From an uncultured Candidatus Saccharibacteria bacterium (GTDB taxonomy: Bacteria; Patescibacteriota; Doudnabacteria; UBA920), in contig CAYODY010000003.1 in assembly GCA_964402965.1 (NCBI GenBank), forward strand, positions 9,846 to 73,845: a DNA stretch of 64,000 bases, written 5' to 3'. How positions within the stretch are numbered: position 1 is the stretch's first letter; each line of letters begins with the position of its first letter. The position numbers and the translations under genes were made by a program. Shown one piece after another: positions 36,602 to 47,487 of this stretch. The notes beneath the pieces were generated by a model that did not search any database, was not told where the DNA came from, and saw nothing but the letters and a program-made list of their open reading frames with translations.

Positions 36602-37627
36602 TTATTTCTTATGATGAAATTTCTTGTGAACGTCGCGAAGCTGTTGGTTTGTTACGTGGGTATAGATTTGAGTTGTAGTAATAGAAGCGTGGCCTAGCAA
36701 AGTCTGGACACTTCGAATGTCTGCACCATTTTGAAGTAGGTCAGTTGCAAATCCGTGTCGGAAAATGTGCGGAGTTACTTTATGCATAATCCCTGCAAGC
36801 GCAGCATATTTTTTTATGATCCTTTGAACAGAACGAGCTGTTAAACCTGCGGCAGTGTGTTGGTCAGACTTCTTACCAATAGATTCCATTTGTTTTGTGA
36901 CAGAGTTTCCTATATTGCTGTGACTTACAAATAGGGCAGGGGAGTTATCATCACGTTTTTTAATATATTCACGGAGTAGCTTAATTGCATCATCAGACAT
37001 GAAAACTAAACGAAGCTTATCTCCTTTACCGCGTACAGTAAATTCACCTCTGTCAAAGTTGAGTTGATTCTGTTTTAATTGCACAAGTTCTGAAACACGA
37101 ATTCCGCTTGAAAAAAGTAGTTCCATAATTGCTTTGTCGCGTAATCTTTTTAGTTCGTCTTCTTCTTGGGCAGTGGCATCTTTTATGCGTTCTATTTCAT
37201 CAATAGTAATAACTTCAACTTCTCGTGCAGGAGTTTTGGCAAGTTCAATTTTTTCTGCAGACAAAGTGTCTATGTCTCGTTTCGCCAAGTATTTTAAAAA
37301 AGCACGCAATGCTATTACGTGATAGTTTTGAGTAACCAATTTAAGACTGCGGCCTGAGACCTCGTCTGTAAAGCGATTTAAATATAGACGGAAAGAACGA
37401 ATAACTTCTAAGGTTATTTGTTCTGGTTTGGTGATTCCGTCGGAGATGGCAAACTCAGCGAAGCGGGCAAGGTAGTGTGCATAGTTGCGAACAGTTAATA
37501 GACTACGATTTCTTTCTATCTCACAGTACTCTAAGAACTCCCGTATACACTTTTCTAGGGGAGTGGCTTTTCTTGTTTCCTTAGGATTAACTTCAGCTTT
37601 TGTTGATTTTGTTTCTACTTTTGGCAT
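36602..37627 (-). CDS. Tyrosine site-specific recombinase (XerC/XerD / phage-integrase family)
   Basis: N-terminal SAM-like core-binding domain. C-terminal catalytic R...HxxR...Y (LLGHASITTTQIYTHV). Confidence 0.75.
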   Translation of the reverse strand: MPKVETKSTKAEVNPKETRKATPLEKCIREFLEYCEIERNRSLLTVRNYAHYLARFAEFAISDGITKPEQITLEVIRSFRLYLNRFTDEVSGRSLKLVTQNYHVIALRAFLKYLAKRDIDTLSAEKIELAKTPAREVEVITIDEIERIKDATAQEEDELKRLRDKAIMELLFSSGIRVSELVQLKQNQLNFDRGEFTVRGKGDKLRLVFMSDDAIKLLREYIKKRDDNSPALFVSHSNIGNSVTKQMESIGKKSDQHTAAGLTARSVQRIIKKYAALAGIMHKVTPHIFRHGFATDLLQNGADIRSVQTLLGHASITTTQIYTHVTNQQLRDVHKKFHHKK

Positions 37628-37766
37628 ATTTATAGACCTTTCAGATATTTTAGAAGGCTTGCCTTTAGTTGCTTGATTCTATTTAAAGTATACCATGAAC
37701 ACGCGCCGTAAAACGTTCGATTGTGCGACAAGGGTAAAGACGAGCCATTTTTGCTATAATTTTTGT

Positions 37767-38537
37767 ATGAATAGACCTGAAGGTATTGGAGTAAATCCAG
37801 AATACAATAAGTTCTCCGAAATAAAGGAGAAATTAATGGAGCCTTTTTCCAGTGAAGAATTAGACTCAGTATGGAAAGCTATTGTGTCCAAAGACGCATT
37901 TTCTATGCCATCACAGAAAGTGTTATTGCATCGAAGTTATAATAGATACGATTATGTAATTTATTTGCATAATAAAGAAGATGGTCTGATTCAAATCGAG
38001 ATGCAAATAACAGATCCAGAAAAGCAGAAAATTGCTAACGTGATATTTATGAGAGATGCTAAGTATGATTCTTCTGGAGAGTGGATGTTATCTCACAGAT
38101 TAGTACATACGGGAGAGTTGGGAATTTCTGGGACAGAGTTTTTGAAGCAATCAGAAACTTATATGAAAAATTTGGCGGATAAAAAATATATTGACTTAAC
38201 CCATATAGGTGCCGCAACTTCACAACCAGACGTAATTAGGTGGCTTCAAAAAAATAATTATGATTTTGTAAGTCCACAAAATAAAAAATGGCATGAAGAA
38301 TATTTAAATTATCCAGAAGAATTTGAAGAAGTTTATCTGTCTGATACTAGCGGAAAAGATAGGATCTCTCATTACGAAAACGAACCTTTTGTTTTTAAAA
38401 AGGATGGTATGGATAAAGATAGAATGTCTTATTCGTTAGATAGAAATTTTAGCGATGGTAAACACTATATAATTTCTCATGAAGACATGCTTCATTTGCC
38501 AGGTCTATTTAGAATAGACATGCTTAAAAAAATATAA
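37767..38537 (+). CDS. Hypothetical protein (leaderless; extended -10 TGcTATAAT lies 6 nt upstream of the ATG)
   Basis: ATG 37767 directly follows TATAAT at 37755..37760. No recognisable domain. Confidence 0.45.
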   Translation: MNRPEGIGVNPEYNKFSEIKEKLMEPFSSEELDSVWKAIVSKDAFSMPSQKVLLHRSYNRYDYVIYLHNKEDGLIQIEMQITDPEKQKIANVIFMRDAKYDSSGEWMLSHRLVHTGELGISGTEFLKQSETYMKNLADKKYIDLTHIGAATSQPDVIRWLQKNNYDFVSPQNKKWHEEYLNYPEEFEEVYLSDTSGKDRISHYENEPFVFKKDGMDKDRMSYSLDRNFSDGKHYIISHEDMLHLPGLFRIDMLKKI

Positions 38538-38544
38538 CCCTGAC

Positions 38545-38573
38545 TTGCAAAATAATTGGATTTATTATATAAT
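38545..38573 (+). promoter_or_regulatory. Sigma-70 promoter TTGCAA-N17-TATAAT upstream of rpsO
   Basis: Near-consensus hexamers with a 17-nt spacer. An 80-nt leader with a short hairpin lies before rpsO. Confidence 0.5.
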
Positions 38574-38660
38574 TCAAACATAAATTAACCACGCGCAGGA
38601 ATATACTGCCCGCGTCGTGAATCGTTCCATGCAAATTGAAGCGATGAAGAAAGGAAGTAT

Positions 38661-38936
38661 ATGTTAAGCAAAAAAGACAAAGATGCGATTATCAAGAAGT
38701 ACCAAGTGCACAAAGATGACACTGGTTCTCCAGAAGTACAAATCGCTGTACTAACAAAAGAAATTGAACAAGTTAGTGAGCATTTGCAAATTCACAAAAA
38801 AGATAATCACTCTCGCCGTGGCCTTCTAAAAATGGTAGGAAATCGTCGTCGTTTACTTCGTTACCTAAAAGGTGAAGATGTTAAGCGTTACGAAAAGATT
38901 GCTGATAAATTGAAAATCAAACGCGATCAAAATTAA
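38661..38936 (+). CDS. rpsO: 30S ribosomal protein S15
   Basis: Characteristic S15 sequence ([14 protein letters not shown]...[29 protein letters not shown]). Confidence 0.9.
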   Translation: MLSKKDKDAIIKKYQVHKDDTGSPEVQIAVLTKEIEQVSEHLQIHKKDNHSRRGLLKMVGNRRRLLRYLKGEDVKRYEKIADKLKIKRDQN

Positions 38937-38983
38937 TTGTAAACAAGCCTCATCTTTTATTAGGTGGGGCTTGATATTGTTTT

Positions 38984-39400
38984 ATGGAAGAAAATACAAA
39001 CAACGACATACATCAGGCTCCTTGGGATGTTCAAGAGTTTGAAGATGCTTGGGTTAAAGTTAACGAACAAGTTGTAAAAGAGCTCATGGCAAATTCAGAC
39101 ATAGAGCAAATTAAGCAGAAAGTTCGAGCTCAAGGTCATATTCAACTCGATGATCGTGAGCAATTTATTAATCTTGTTAACAAGATTAAATATGATGTAA
39201 TTTACAAAACATTTGGAGAAGCAGATTCAGAAGGTTACTTAGCATTTCAAAAAGCATGGCAGCATTGGCAAAAACTTAGAGCAACTGCAATGCCTAAGCC
39301 GGCTAACATGTTTGAAGATAATATTCACCATTTGATGTTTGGCAGTACTCCTGACCCGGACAATTTCCTAAAAGATTTTGATGTAAATAAGGACTTATAA
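38984..39400 (+). CDS. Hypothetical protein inserted between rpsO and pnp
   Basis: ORF with plausible coding composition. No recognisable motifs. Confidence 0.4.
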   Translation: MEENTNNDIHQAPWDVQEFEDAWVKVNEQVVKELMANSDIEQIKQKVRAQGHIQLDDREQFINLVNKIKYDVIYKTFGEADSEGYLAFQKAWQHWQKLRATAMPKPANMFEDNIHHLMFGSTPDPDNFLKDFDVNKDL

Positions 39401-39460
39401 ATAACTAATTATTGCATTCGCAGACACAAGTTCCAAGAGTGAAGTGCCTGAGGAGAGGAA

Positions 39461-39555
39461 AAGATATTTAGCTAAGGAAACTATCTGAGCACAGTCGCCC
39501 GCAACGGAAGTTGGGGAGGCGACGTAGCGAAGCTTGTTGACGTGCTAAATATCTT
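39461..39555 (+). promoter_or_regulatory. Structured pnp leader: 12-bp perfect outer stem enclosing an inner GTCGCC/GGCGAC hairpin
   Basis: AAGATATTTAGC (39461..39472) pairs with GCTAAATATCTT (39544..39555). The inner stem is GTCGCC-N18-GGCGAC. GC content is higher than neighbouring intergenic DNA. Confidence 0.45.
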
Positions 39556-39627
39556 GCGCTCTCAACCTCAGACCCTCCACTTTTGGTCGCTTGCAACTGC
39601 ATGTGCAAACGAAAGGTATTCAATAAA

Positions 39628-41949
39628 ATGGATGCAAAGAAAATTTCCGCAAATATTGCGGGAGCTGACTGGCAGTTTGAAACTGGCAAGTTAGCAAATC
39701 AGGCTAGCGGAGCAGTACTTGCTCGCGTTGGTGATACTGTCGTGTTGGCAGTTGCAGTATTAAAGAGCGAACCTCGTGAAGGGATGGATTATTTCCCTTT
39801 GCTAGTTGACTATGAAGAAAAGCTGTACGCAGCAGGAAAAATTAAAGGTAGTCGTTGGGTAAAGCGCGAAGGTCGTCCAACAGATGAAGCAATCTTAACA
39901 GGTCGCGTAATTGATCGTTCTCTTCGTCCTTTGTTCCCAGATGGAATGCGTAATGATGTTCAAGTTGTAACCACTGTTCTGTCTATTGATGGAGAAAATG
40001 AACCAGATATGATTGCAGTTAATGCTGCAAGCATGGCTATACATCTTTCTGAAATCCCATTTGATGGTCCTGTTAGTGCAGTTCGTATTGGTAAAATAGA
40101 TGGTCAATTTATTGCCAATCCAAATAGCGAGCAGCGTGAAAAATCTGAAATGGACTTAATCGTTTGTGGTACAGCCGAACATATTATTATGGTAGAAGCT
40201 GGTGCTAAGCTTGTTCCAGAAGAAGATATAGTAGAGGGGATTAAAGTTGCCCAAATTTCTTTGAAAGCTCTATCTGAAGTACAAGACGAATTTAGAAAAC
40301 AAGTAGGTAAGCCAAAAACAGAGAATTACGTAATCATCAAACCTAACGATGTTGTATTTTCAAAAGTTCAAGAACTTTTGACCCCAGAAAAAATAGAAGC
40401 AGCATTGTACGTTCCAAGCATGTTCGATCGCAATGCAAACTCAAAGGCTCTTACAAAAGAAATTGTATTAGCGACAGAGGAAGCCTTAGCTGATTTAAAA
40501 GAAACAGATCTTGCAGGTGTTAATATTGCAAAAGATGCTTACTTAGCAATAGATAAAGTATTAAAGAAATACATTCAAAAGCAAATCTTAGAAAAAGATC
40601 GTCGAGTTGACGGTCGTGCTATGGATGAGACTCGCAAAATTTCCGCAGAAGTTGGAATTTTGCCACGCACTCATGGTTCTGCATTATTCACTCGTGGTGA
40701 AACTCAAGTACTAACAGTCGTAACTTTGGGTAGCAAAGGCGATGAGCAATTACTTGATGGTATGGAAGATCCAACCGAAGGTCGTGCAAAACGTTACATT
40801 CATCACTATAACTTCCCTGGATATTCCGTTGGTGAGGTGTCTCCAAATCGTGGCGCTGGTCGTCGTGAAATTGGTCATGGTGCATTGGCAGAACGTGCAG
40901 TTGAAGTTGCACTTCCAGAACAAGAAGTTTTTCCATACACTATGCGTTTAGTTTCTGAAACAATGTCTAGCAATGGTTCTACATCTATGGCATCAACTTG
41001 TGGTTCAACTTTGAGTCTTATGGACGCAGGTGTACCAATTACAGATATTATTGGTGGTGTTGCTATGGGTCTTGTAATGGACGAAAGTAATCCATCTAAC
41101 TTTAAAGTATTAACAGATATTGCCGGTATCGAAGACTTTAATGGTCATATGGACTTTAAAGTTACAGGTTCTGAAAAAGGTGTATCTGCTTTACAGTTAG
41201 ATATTAAAGTAAAAGGTTTGACCGCAGAAATTTTAGCGCAAGCTTTGGCTGCAGCTAAACCTGCACGTATGCACATTTTAAGTGTAATGAAAGAAGCTAT
41301 TTCCGCTCCTCGTGAAGAACTTTCTCAATACGCTCCACGAATTACAAGTTTCAAAATTGATCCTGAAAAAATCCGCGAAGTTATTGGTGCCGGTGGAAAA
41401 ATCATTAATGGAATTATTGCTGAATGTCCTGGTGTTAAGATAGACATTGAAGATGATGGGTTAGTTATGGTTACATCTACAGATGCTCAGTCTGCAGAAA
41501 AAGCTGTGAAGATGATCCAAGACATTGTTCGCGAAGTTGAAGCTGGTGAAATCTATGAAGGAAAAGTTGTAAAGATTATGGACTTCGGTGCATTTGTACA
41601 AATTTTACCAGGAAAAGATGGTATGGTTCACGTTTCTCAACTTGCAAACTATCGTGTAAACAATGTAGAAGATGTGGTTAAAGTAGGGGATACATTGAAA
41701 GTTCAAGTTATTGAAATTGATGACATGGGTCGAATTAACTTAACACATAAACCTTTCGCGGCTCCTGCAACTCCAGAGCAACTTGCATCATCTGGTGGCG
41801 GTGACCGTGGTGGAGATCGAGGTGGTCGTGGCGGAAGCGGTGGACGTCCAAGTTTTGGTGGTCGTAGCGGTGGAGGTGATCGTCACTCTGGCGGATCCCG
41901 TGGTGGCTTTGCTCAACGCTCACCAAGACCGAATGGCGCGAATCGCTAA
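39628..41949 (+). CDS. pnp: Polyribonucleotide nucleotidyltransferase (PNPase) with a Gly/Arg-rich C-terminal tail
   Basis: Two RNase PH domains, KH and S1 domains (EGKVVKIMDFGAFVQI). C-terminal GGGDRGGDRGGRGGSGGRPSFGGRSGGGDRHSGGSRGG. Confidence 0.9.
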   Translation: MDAKKISANIAGADWQFETGKLANQASGAVLARVGDTVVLAVAVLKSEPREGMDYFPLLVDYEEKLYAAGKIKGSRWVKREGRPTDEAILTGRVIDRSLRPLFPDGMRNDVQVVTTVLSIDGENEPDMIAVNAASMAIHLSEIPFDGPVSAVRIGKIDGQFIANPNSEQREKSEMDLIVCGTAEHIIMVEAGAKLVPEEDIVEGIKVAQISLKALSEVQDEFRKQVGKPKTENYVIIKPNDVVFSKVQELLTPEKIEAALYVPSMFDRNANSKALTKEIVLATEEALADLKETDLAGVNIAKDAYLAIDKVLKKYIQKQILEKDRRVDGRAMDETRKISAEVGILPRTHGSALFTRGETQVLTVVTLGSKGDEQLLDGMEDPTEGRAKRYIHHYNFPGYSVGEVSPNRGAGRREIGHGALAERAVEVALPEQEVFPYTMRLVSETMSSNGSTSMASTCGSTLSLMDAGVPITDIIGGVAMGLVMDESNPSNFKVLTDIAGIEDFNGHMDFKVTGSEKGVSALQLDIKVKGLTAEILAQALAAAKPARMHILSVMKEAISAPREELSQYAPRITSFKIDPEKIREVIGAGGKIINGIIAECPGVKIDIEDDGLVMVTSTDAQSAEKAVKMIQDIVREVEAGEIYEGKVVKIMDFGAFVQILPGKDGMVHVSQLANYRVNNVEDVVKVGDTLKVQVIEIDDMGRINLTHKPFAAPATPEQLASSGGGDRGGDRGGRGGSGGRPSFGGRSGGGDRHSGGSRGGFAQRSPRPNGANR

Positions 41950-41983
41950 ATTAATATTTATTAAGTTACTATTATAGTTAATA

Positions 41984-42005
41984 AGGCACCTTCGGGTGCT
42001 TTATT
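41984..42005 (+). terminator. Intrinsic terminator (AGGCACC-ttcg-GGTGCTT-TATT)
   Basis: Hairpin with a GNRA-like loop followed by a T-rich tract after the pnp stop. Confidence 0.6.
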
Positions 42006-42016
42006 AGCAAAGTTAA

Positions 42017-43231
<1,215 letters not shown>

Positions 43232-43318
43232 AACTTAAAAAATTTCATTTCGCTTAAAAAACTTTATCTTATCTTGAACACGGTTCTGTTATGCTAAAAT
43301 TAATTAAACAAAACGCAT

Positions 43319-43564
43319 ATGCAGACAAAAGAATTACAACAGGAGTTTAAAAAACTTCACAAACGTCTTGATGGAATCGAGACAAATATGGTCACTAAGG
43401 CTGAGATTAAAGTCGTTTTAGGTTCGCATACCGAAGAAATTAAGGAATATATTGAATATCAAATAGAAGGCTTGGCGCAAATAATTGCCACAACAGTTGC
43501 CGAACCATTAGATCGTCATATTCAAGCAACTGAGGTAGATTCAGAAATGGGTGTAAGAGTTTGA
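43319..43564 (+). CDS. Small hypothetical protein
   Basis: 81-aa ORF with a coiled-coil-like sequence. Confidence 0.3.
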   Translation: MQTKELQQEFKKLHKRLDGIETNMVTKAEIKVVLGSHTEEIKEYIEYQIEGLAQIIATTVAEPLDRHIQATEVDSEMGVRV

Positions 43565-43653
43565 CATTCCCAAAAAATGATTGGTAAAGCAAGAAAATAA
43601 TTTTTAAATAAACCAGACTGGTCGGATTTCACTGAAATTGCTATAATTTCTCT

Positions 43654-44985
43654 ATGATTGAACCAGAAAAAATGGATAAAATAGTAAGTCTTGCAAAGCG
43701 CCGTGGGTTTGTTTACCCAGGGTCGGAAATTTATGGTGGCTTAGCTAACTCATGGGATTATGGTCCTTTGGGAACAGAACTAAAAAATAATATTAAACAA
43801 CTTTGGTGGAAACGTTTTGTGCAGCAACGCGACGATATGGTTGGAATAGATGCCGCATTAGTAATGAACCCAAAAGTTTGGGAGGCAAGTGGTCACGTAG
43901 CGACTTTCACAGATCCATTAGTTGAATGTAAAGCATGTCACGCACGTTTTCGAGCTGATCAAATTGATGTGAATGAAAAATGCGAAAATTGTGGTAAAAA
44001 AGATGGTTTCTCAGAACCTAAAATGTTCAACTTAATGTTGAAAACATTTTTGGGTCCAGCCGAAGAAGCAGCGAATGTTGCATACTTTCGTCCAGAAACT
44101 GCTCAAGCAATGTTTGTTCAATTTAAGAATGTACAAACTACGTCTCGTAAACAAATTCCATTCGGTATTGCACAACAAGGTAAAGCTTTTCGTAATGAAA
44201 TAACTCCAGGTAACTTTGTTTTCCGTACACGCGAATTTGAACAAATGGAAATTGAATATTTTATTCCTAAACCTGAAACAGATGAAGATTGGAATAAATA
44301 TTTTGAAGAATGGAAAGAGGAAATGGTTAAGTGGATGCGCGATGAATTGAAGCTAAATATGGAGAATGTCCACGAACTAGAAGTTCCTGCAGAAGATAGA
44401 GCTCATTACAGTAAGCGAACTATAGATTTTGAATACGATTTCCCATTCGGCCTAAAAGAACTTTATGGTCTTGCTTATCGTGGAGATTTCGATTTACAAA
44501 ATCACATTAAAGCAAGTGGGGAAGACTTAAGTTACTTAGATCCTCAAACTAATGAAAAATATGTACCACATGTAATTGAACCAACTTGGGGTGTGGATAG
44601 AACTTTCTTAGCCGTTCTGGCAGATCACTATCAAGAAACTGGCGAAGGAGATTCCAAGCGAGTTTGGCTTTCTATCCCCGCAAAACTCGCACCTTACAAA
44701 GTTGCTGTTTTCCCGTTGTTAAAAAATAAACCTGAACTTGTAGAAAAAGCTCGTAAGATTTACGATGAGTTGCGTAAACATTTTAGTGTGGCGTGGGACG
44801 AACGAGGAAATGTAGGGAAGCGATACTACAGTCAGGACGAAATCGGAACTCCTTACTGTGTAACTGTCGACTTTGATTCTTTAGAAGATGATACTGTAAC
44901 AATTCGCCATCGTAATACTATGGAGCAAGAACGTATGAAAGCTTCGGATTTAGTTGAACGAATTACAAAAAAGTTAGCTGAATAA
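43654..44985 (+). CDS. glyQS: Glycine--tRNA ligase (dimeric GlyQS / class II type)
   Basis: Class II aaRS motifs and an N-terminal region typical of GlyRS2 (GFVYPGSEIYGGLANSWDYGPLG). Length about 443 aa. Confidence 0.85.
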   Translation: MIEPEKMDKIVSLAKRRGFVYPGSEIYGGLANSWDYGPLGTELKNNIKQLWWKRFVQQRDDMVGIDAALVMNPKVWEASGHVATFTDPLVECKACHARFRADQIDVNEKCENCGKKDGFSEPKMFNLMLKTFLGPAEEAANVAYFRPETAQAMFVQFKNVQTTSRKQIPFGIAQQGKAFRNEITPGNFVFRTREFEQMEIEYFIPKPETDEDWNKYFEEWKEEMVKWMRDELKLNMENVHELEVPAEDRAHYSKRTIDFEYDFPFGLKELYGLAYRGDFDLQNHIKASGEDLSYLDPQTNEKYVPHVIEPTWGVDRTFLAVLADHYQETGEGDSKRVWLSIPAKLAPYKVAVFPLLKNKPELVEKARKIYDELRKHFSVAWDERGNVGKRYYSQDEIGTPYCVTVDFDSLEDDTVTIRHRNTMEQERMKASDLVERITKKLAE

Positions 44986-45003
44986 AAATTAACATGTCGT
45001 CTA

Positions 45004-46275
45004 ATGAAATACACAAAAAGAGTTTTAAAAAATGGATTAACAATAATTGAAGTACCAAGCAACGACGCCGAAAGCGTTGTTGTTGATTTATTCGTGCGCA
45101 CAGGCTCGCGTTCGGAAACTGCAAAAGAAAATGGTATCTCACATTTCCTAGAACATTTTCTTTTTAAAGGTACAAAAAAATATCCAAGTGCTATGGCGAT
45201 TACCGAACTGATTGATGGAATCGGGGGAGAGATGAACGCAAACACTGGCAAAGAACACACACAATATTTCATTAAAGCGCACTCATCTAAATTGCCATTA
45301 ATTTTTGAAGTACTCACAGACATGCTTCAAAACCCGTTGCTAGACAAAGATGAAATGGAACGCGAAAAGGGTGTAATAGTAGAAGAGATAAATATGTACC
45401 AAGATATGCCTCGCGCTAACGTAGGCAATATTTTAGAAGAAGAAATGTGGAAAGGTGACCCACTTGGGCGTAGTATCGCTGGTACTCCTGAAATTGTGCG
45501 AAAGTTCAATCAAAAAATGTTTCAGAGTTATATGGAGCGTCACTACCAGACTTCAAACATGTTAATTGGAATTTCTGGAAAGTACGACCGAGCTGTATTA
45601 AACAAGTTAATTTCTAAATACTGGAGTAAATTACCATCTAAACGATACGAAAAAGCACCTAAGGTTAAAGATAACCAAAAACAATACAGAGTACGTTTGG
45701 ACTACAAGGACACTCAACAGGCTGCCTTGAATTTTGGTTTTAAAGGATACAGCACAGAAGATAAGCGCAATATTACTGCTGCAGTTTTGTCAGCTGTTTT
45801 AGGTGGTGGTATGAGTTCTCGCTTGTTTACAGAAGTTCGTGAACGTCGTGGGCTAGCTTACTATGTTAGAGCAGGGAATACTCAATATCAGGACACTGGC
45901 GTATTCGACGTTAGTGCTGGTGTTCGTGTAGATGCAATCGAAGAAGCTTTGAAAGTTATTTTGGAAGAGCTTCGTAAAATTTCTACTGAATTAGTTTCTG
46001 AAAAAGAGCTAACTAAAGCTAAAGAGTATTTAAAAGGCCGCACCACTTTGTATTTAGAAGATAATCAGTCACGTTTGGATTGGTATTTAGAGCAATCTGC
46101 ATTTAAGAAAATAATTAAAACCCCAGCAGATGTTTATAAAGAAATAGATAGTGTGACAGCTAAGCAACTTCTTACTGTTGCAAAAGATCTATTCCAAAAA
46201 AATAAAACAACCTTGGCAATTATCGGACCGTACAAGTCCGACAAAAAATTCGTAAAGATTGTGGAGAAATTTTAA
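45004..46275 (+). CDS. M16-family zinc peptidase (insulinase/pitrilysin-like)
   Basis: Inverted zinc motif HFLEHFLFKGT (HxxEH) and downstream E of the M16 family. Two-domain length. Confidence 0.75.
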   Translation: MKYTKRVLKNGLTIIEVPSNDAESVVVDLFVRTGSRSETAKENGISHFLEHFLFKGTKKYPSAMAITELIDGIGGEMNANTGKEHTQYFIKAHSSKLPLIFEVLTDMLQNPLLDKDEMEREKGVIVEEINMYQDMPRANVGNILEEEMWKGDPLGRSIAGTPEIVRKFNQKMFQSYMERHYQTSNMLIGISGKYDRAVLNKLISKYWSKLPSKRYEKAPKVKDNQKQYRVRLDYKDTQQAALNFGFKGYSTEDKRNITAAVLSAVLGGGMSSRLFTEVRERRGLAYYVRAGNTQYQDTGVFDVSAGVRVDAIEEALKVILEELRKISTELVSEKELTKAKEYLKGRTTLYLEDNQSRLDWYLEQSAFKKIIKTPADVYKEIDSVTAKQLLTVAKDLFQKNKTTLAIIGPYKSDKKFVKIVEKF

Positions 46276-46276
46276 T

Positions 46277-47290
46277 ATGGCAGTCGCAAAAAAAGTCAGC
46301 GCTAAAGCATTGGCAAAACCTACAGTGAAGCCTGTGGCAAAACCAACCGCAGTAAAGAAAAAAGGCAAACTTTCTGACGCTGTAATTACAGATGCACAAA
46401 AAGCTAAATTAAAAAAAGTTGTAATTCCTAAAAATCAACCATTAATAGGATGCCACGTCTCCATCGCGGGGGGACTTCAAAATGCCCCAGCTCGCGCCGC
46501 GGCCTACGCGTGCGAAACAATGCAAATTTTTTCCCGCTCACCACAGGGCGGAGCACCAGCACCAATTACAGAAGATCTTGCTCGTGAGTTCAAAGAAGAA
46601 ATGCAAAAAGCGGGAATTGAATCTTTGGTAATTCATGCACCATATATTCTAAATTTTGGTTCATCAAAAAAAAGTACATTTCACGGCTCTATAAATTTAG
46701 TCAGAACAGATTTGGAAAGGGGAACTTTGCTTGGTGCACAATATGTTATGTTCCACCCAGGTTCTTTTAAAGATTTGGGAGAAAAAGATGGAATGAAACA
46801 AGCTCAAGAGGGGATGAAAAAAATTCTAGAAGGCTACACAGGCACAACCAAGCTTTTAATTGAAATTTCTGCAGGTGCTGGTTCAATTATTGGAGACACT
46901 TTTGAAGAGTTGGCAGAACTTATGAAACCAATAAAAAAGCACAAAGCCTTTGGCGGTGTATGTTTCGACACTCAGCATGCATTTGGTAGTGGTTATGATC
47001 TTCGCACTCCAGAAACGGTTAATAAAACTTTTACAAACTTCGACAAAGCCATAGGTTTAGAGTATTTAAGAATGATGCACGTCAATGATTCAAAGGTAGA
47101 TTTGGGTGCGCACGTAGATAGACATGAGCATATTGGGGAAGGCAAAATGGGCAAAAGAGCCTTTGAATCGATTATGGGATTTTTGAAACAAAAAAAGATG
47201 TACATCCCCTTGATTTTAGAAACTGAGCATGATAAAGTTGAAGCAGACATTAAGCTACTTTCGGCCTTAAGAGCTAAGGCCTGGAAATAA
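46277..47290 (+). CDS. nfo: Endonuclease IV (AP endonuclease family 2) with an N-terminal Lys/Ala-rich extension
   Basis: TIM-barrel AP endonuclease 2 motifs (HAPYILN, HPGS, FDTQHAFG, ILETE). First ~55 aa are KA/P-rich (AKKVSAKALAKPTVKPVAKPTAVKKKGK). Confidence 0.75.
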   Translation: MAVAKKVSAKALAKPTVKPVAKPTAVKKKGKLSDAVITDAQKAKLKKVVIPKNQPLIGCHVSIAGGLQNAPARAAAYACETMQIFSRSPQGGAPAPITEDLAREFKEEMQKAGIESLVIHAPYILNFGSSKKSTFHGSINLVRTDLERGTLLGAQYVMFHPGSFKDLGEKDGMKQAQEGMKKILEGYTGTTKLLIEISAGAGSIIGDTFEELAELMKPIKKHKAFGGVCFDTQHAFGSGYDLRTPETVNKTFTNFDKAIGLEYLRMMHVNDSKVDLGAHVDRHEHIGEGKMGKRAFESIMGFLKQKKMYIPLILETEHDKVEADIKLLSALRAKAWK

Positions 47291-47303
47291 AAGGAATAAC
47301 CCA

Positions 47304-47480
47304 ATGTTTGGATTTGGAAACAAAGAGACTTCTAACCCACAAGAGGTGGAGGCAAATAAGTTTGAAATACAGAGCAAGTTAAACGCAAGCAATGAAGAAT
47401 TAAACTCTAACCCAAGCTATACCAAGCGAGCTTTAGAATCTAAGAGAGCATCACTGGTTGAAATCTCAGAGGCACTATAA
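47304..47480 (+). CDS. Small protein (58 aa), below the ORF-track length cut-off
   Basis: ATG with a good RBS AAGGAA 7 nt upstream. Open to the TAA at 47478. Confidence 0.3.
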   Translation: MFGFGNKETSNPQEVEANKFEIQSKLNASNEELNSNPSYTKRALESKRASLVEISEAL

Positions 47481-47487
47481 TAAATAT

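Noticed and set aside
40688-41977. Short ORFs (40688..40936 minus, 40742..40951 plus, 41735..41926 minus, 41783..41977 plus) within pnp
   Set aside because: Nested in or antisense to the PNPase gene. His/Gln/Val-rich translations are characteristic of the alternative frames of the GGT/CGT repeat region.
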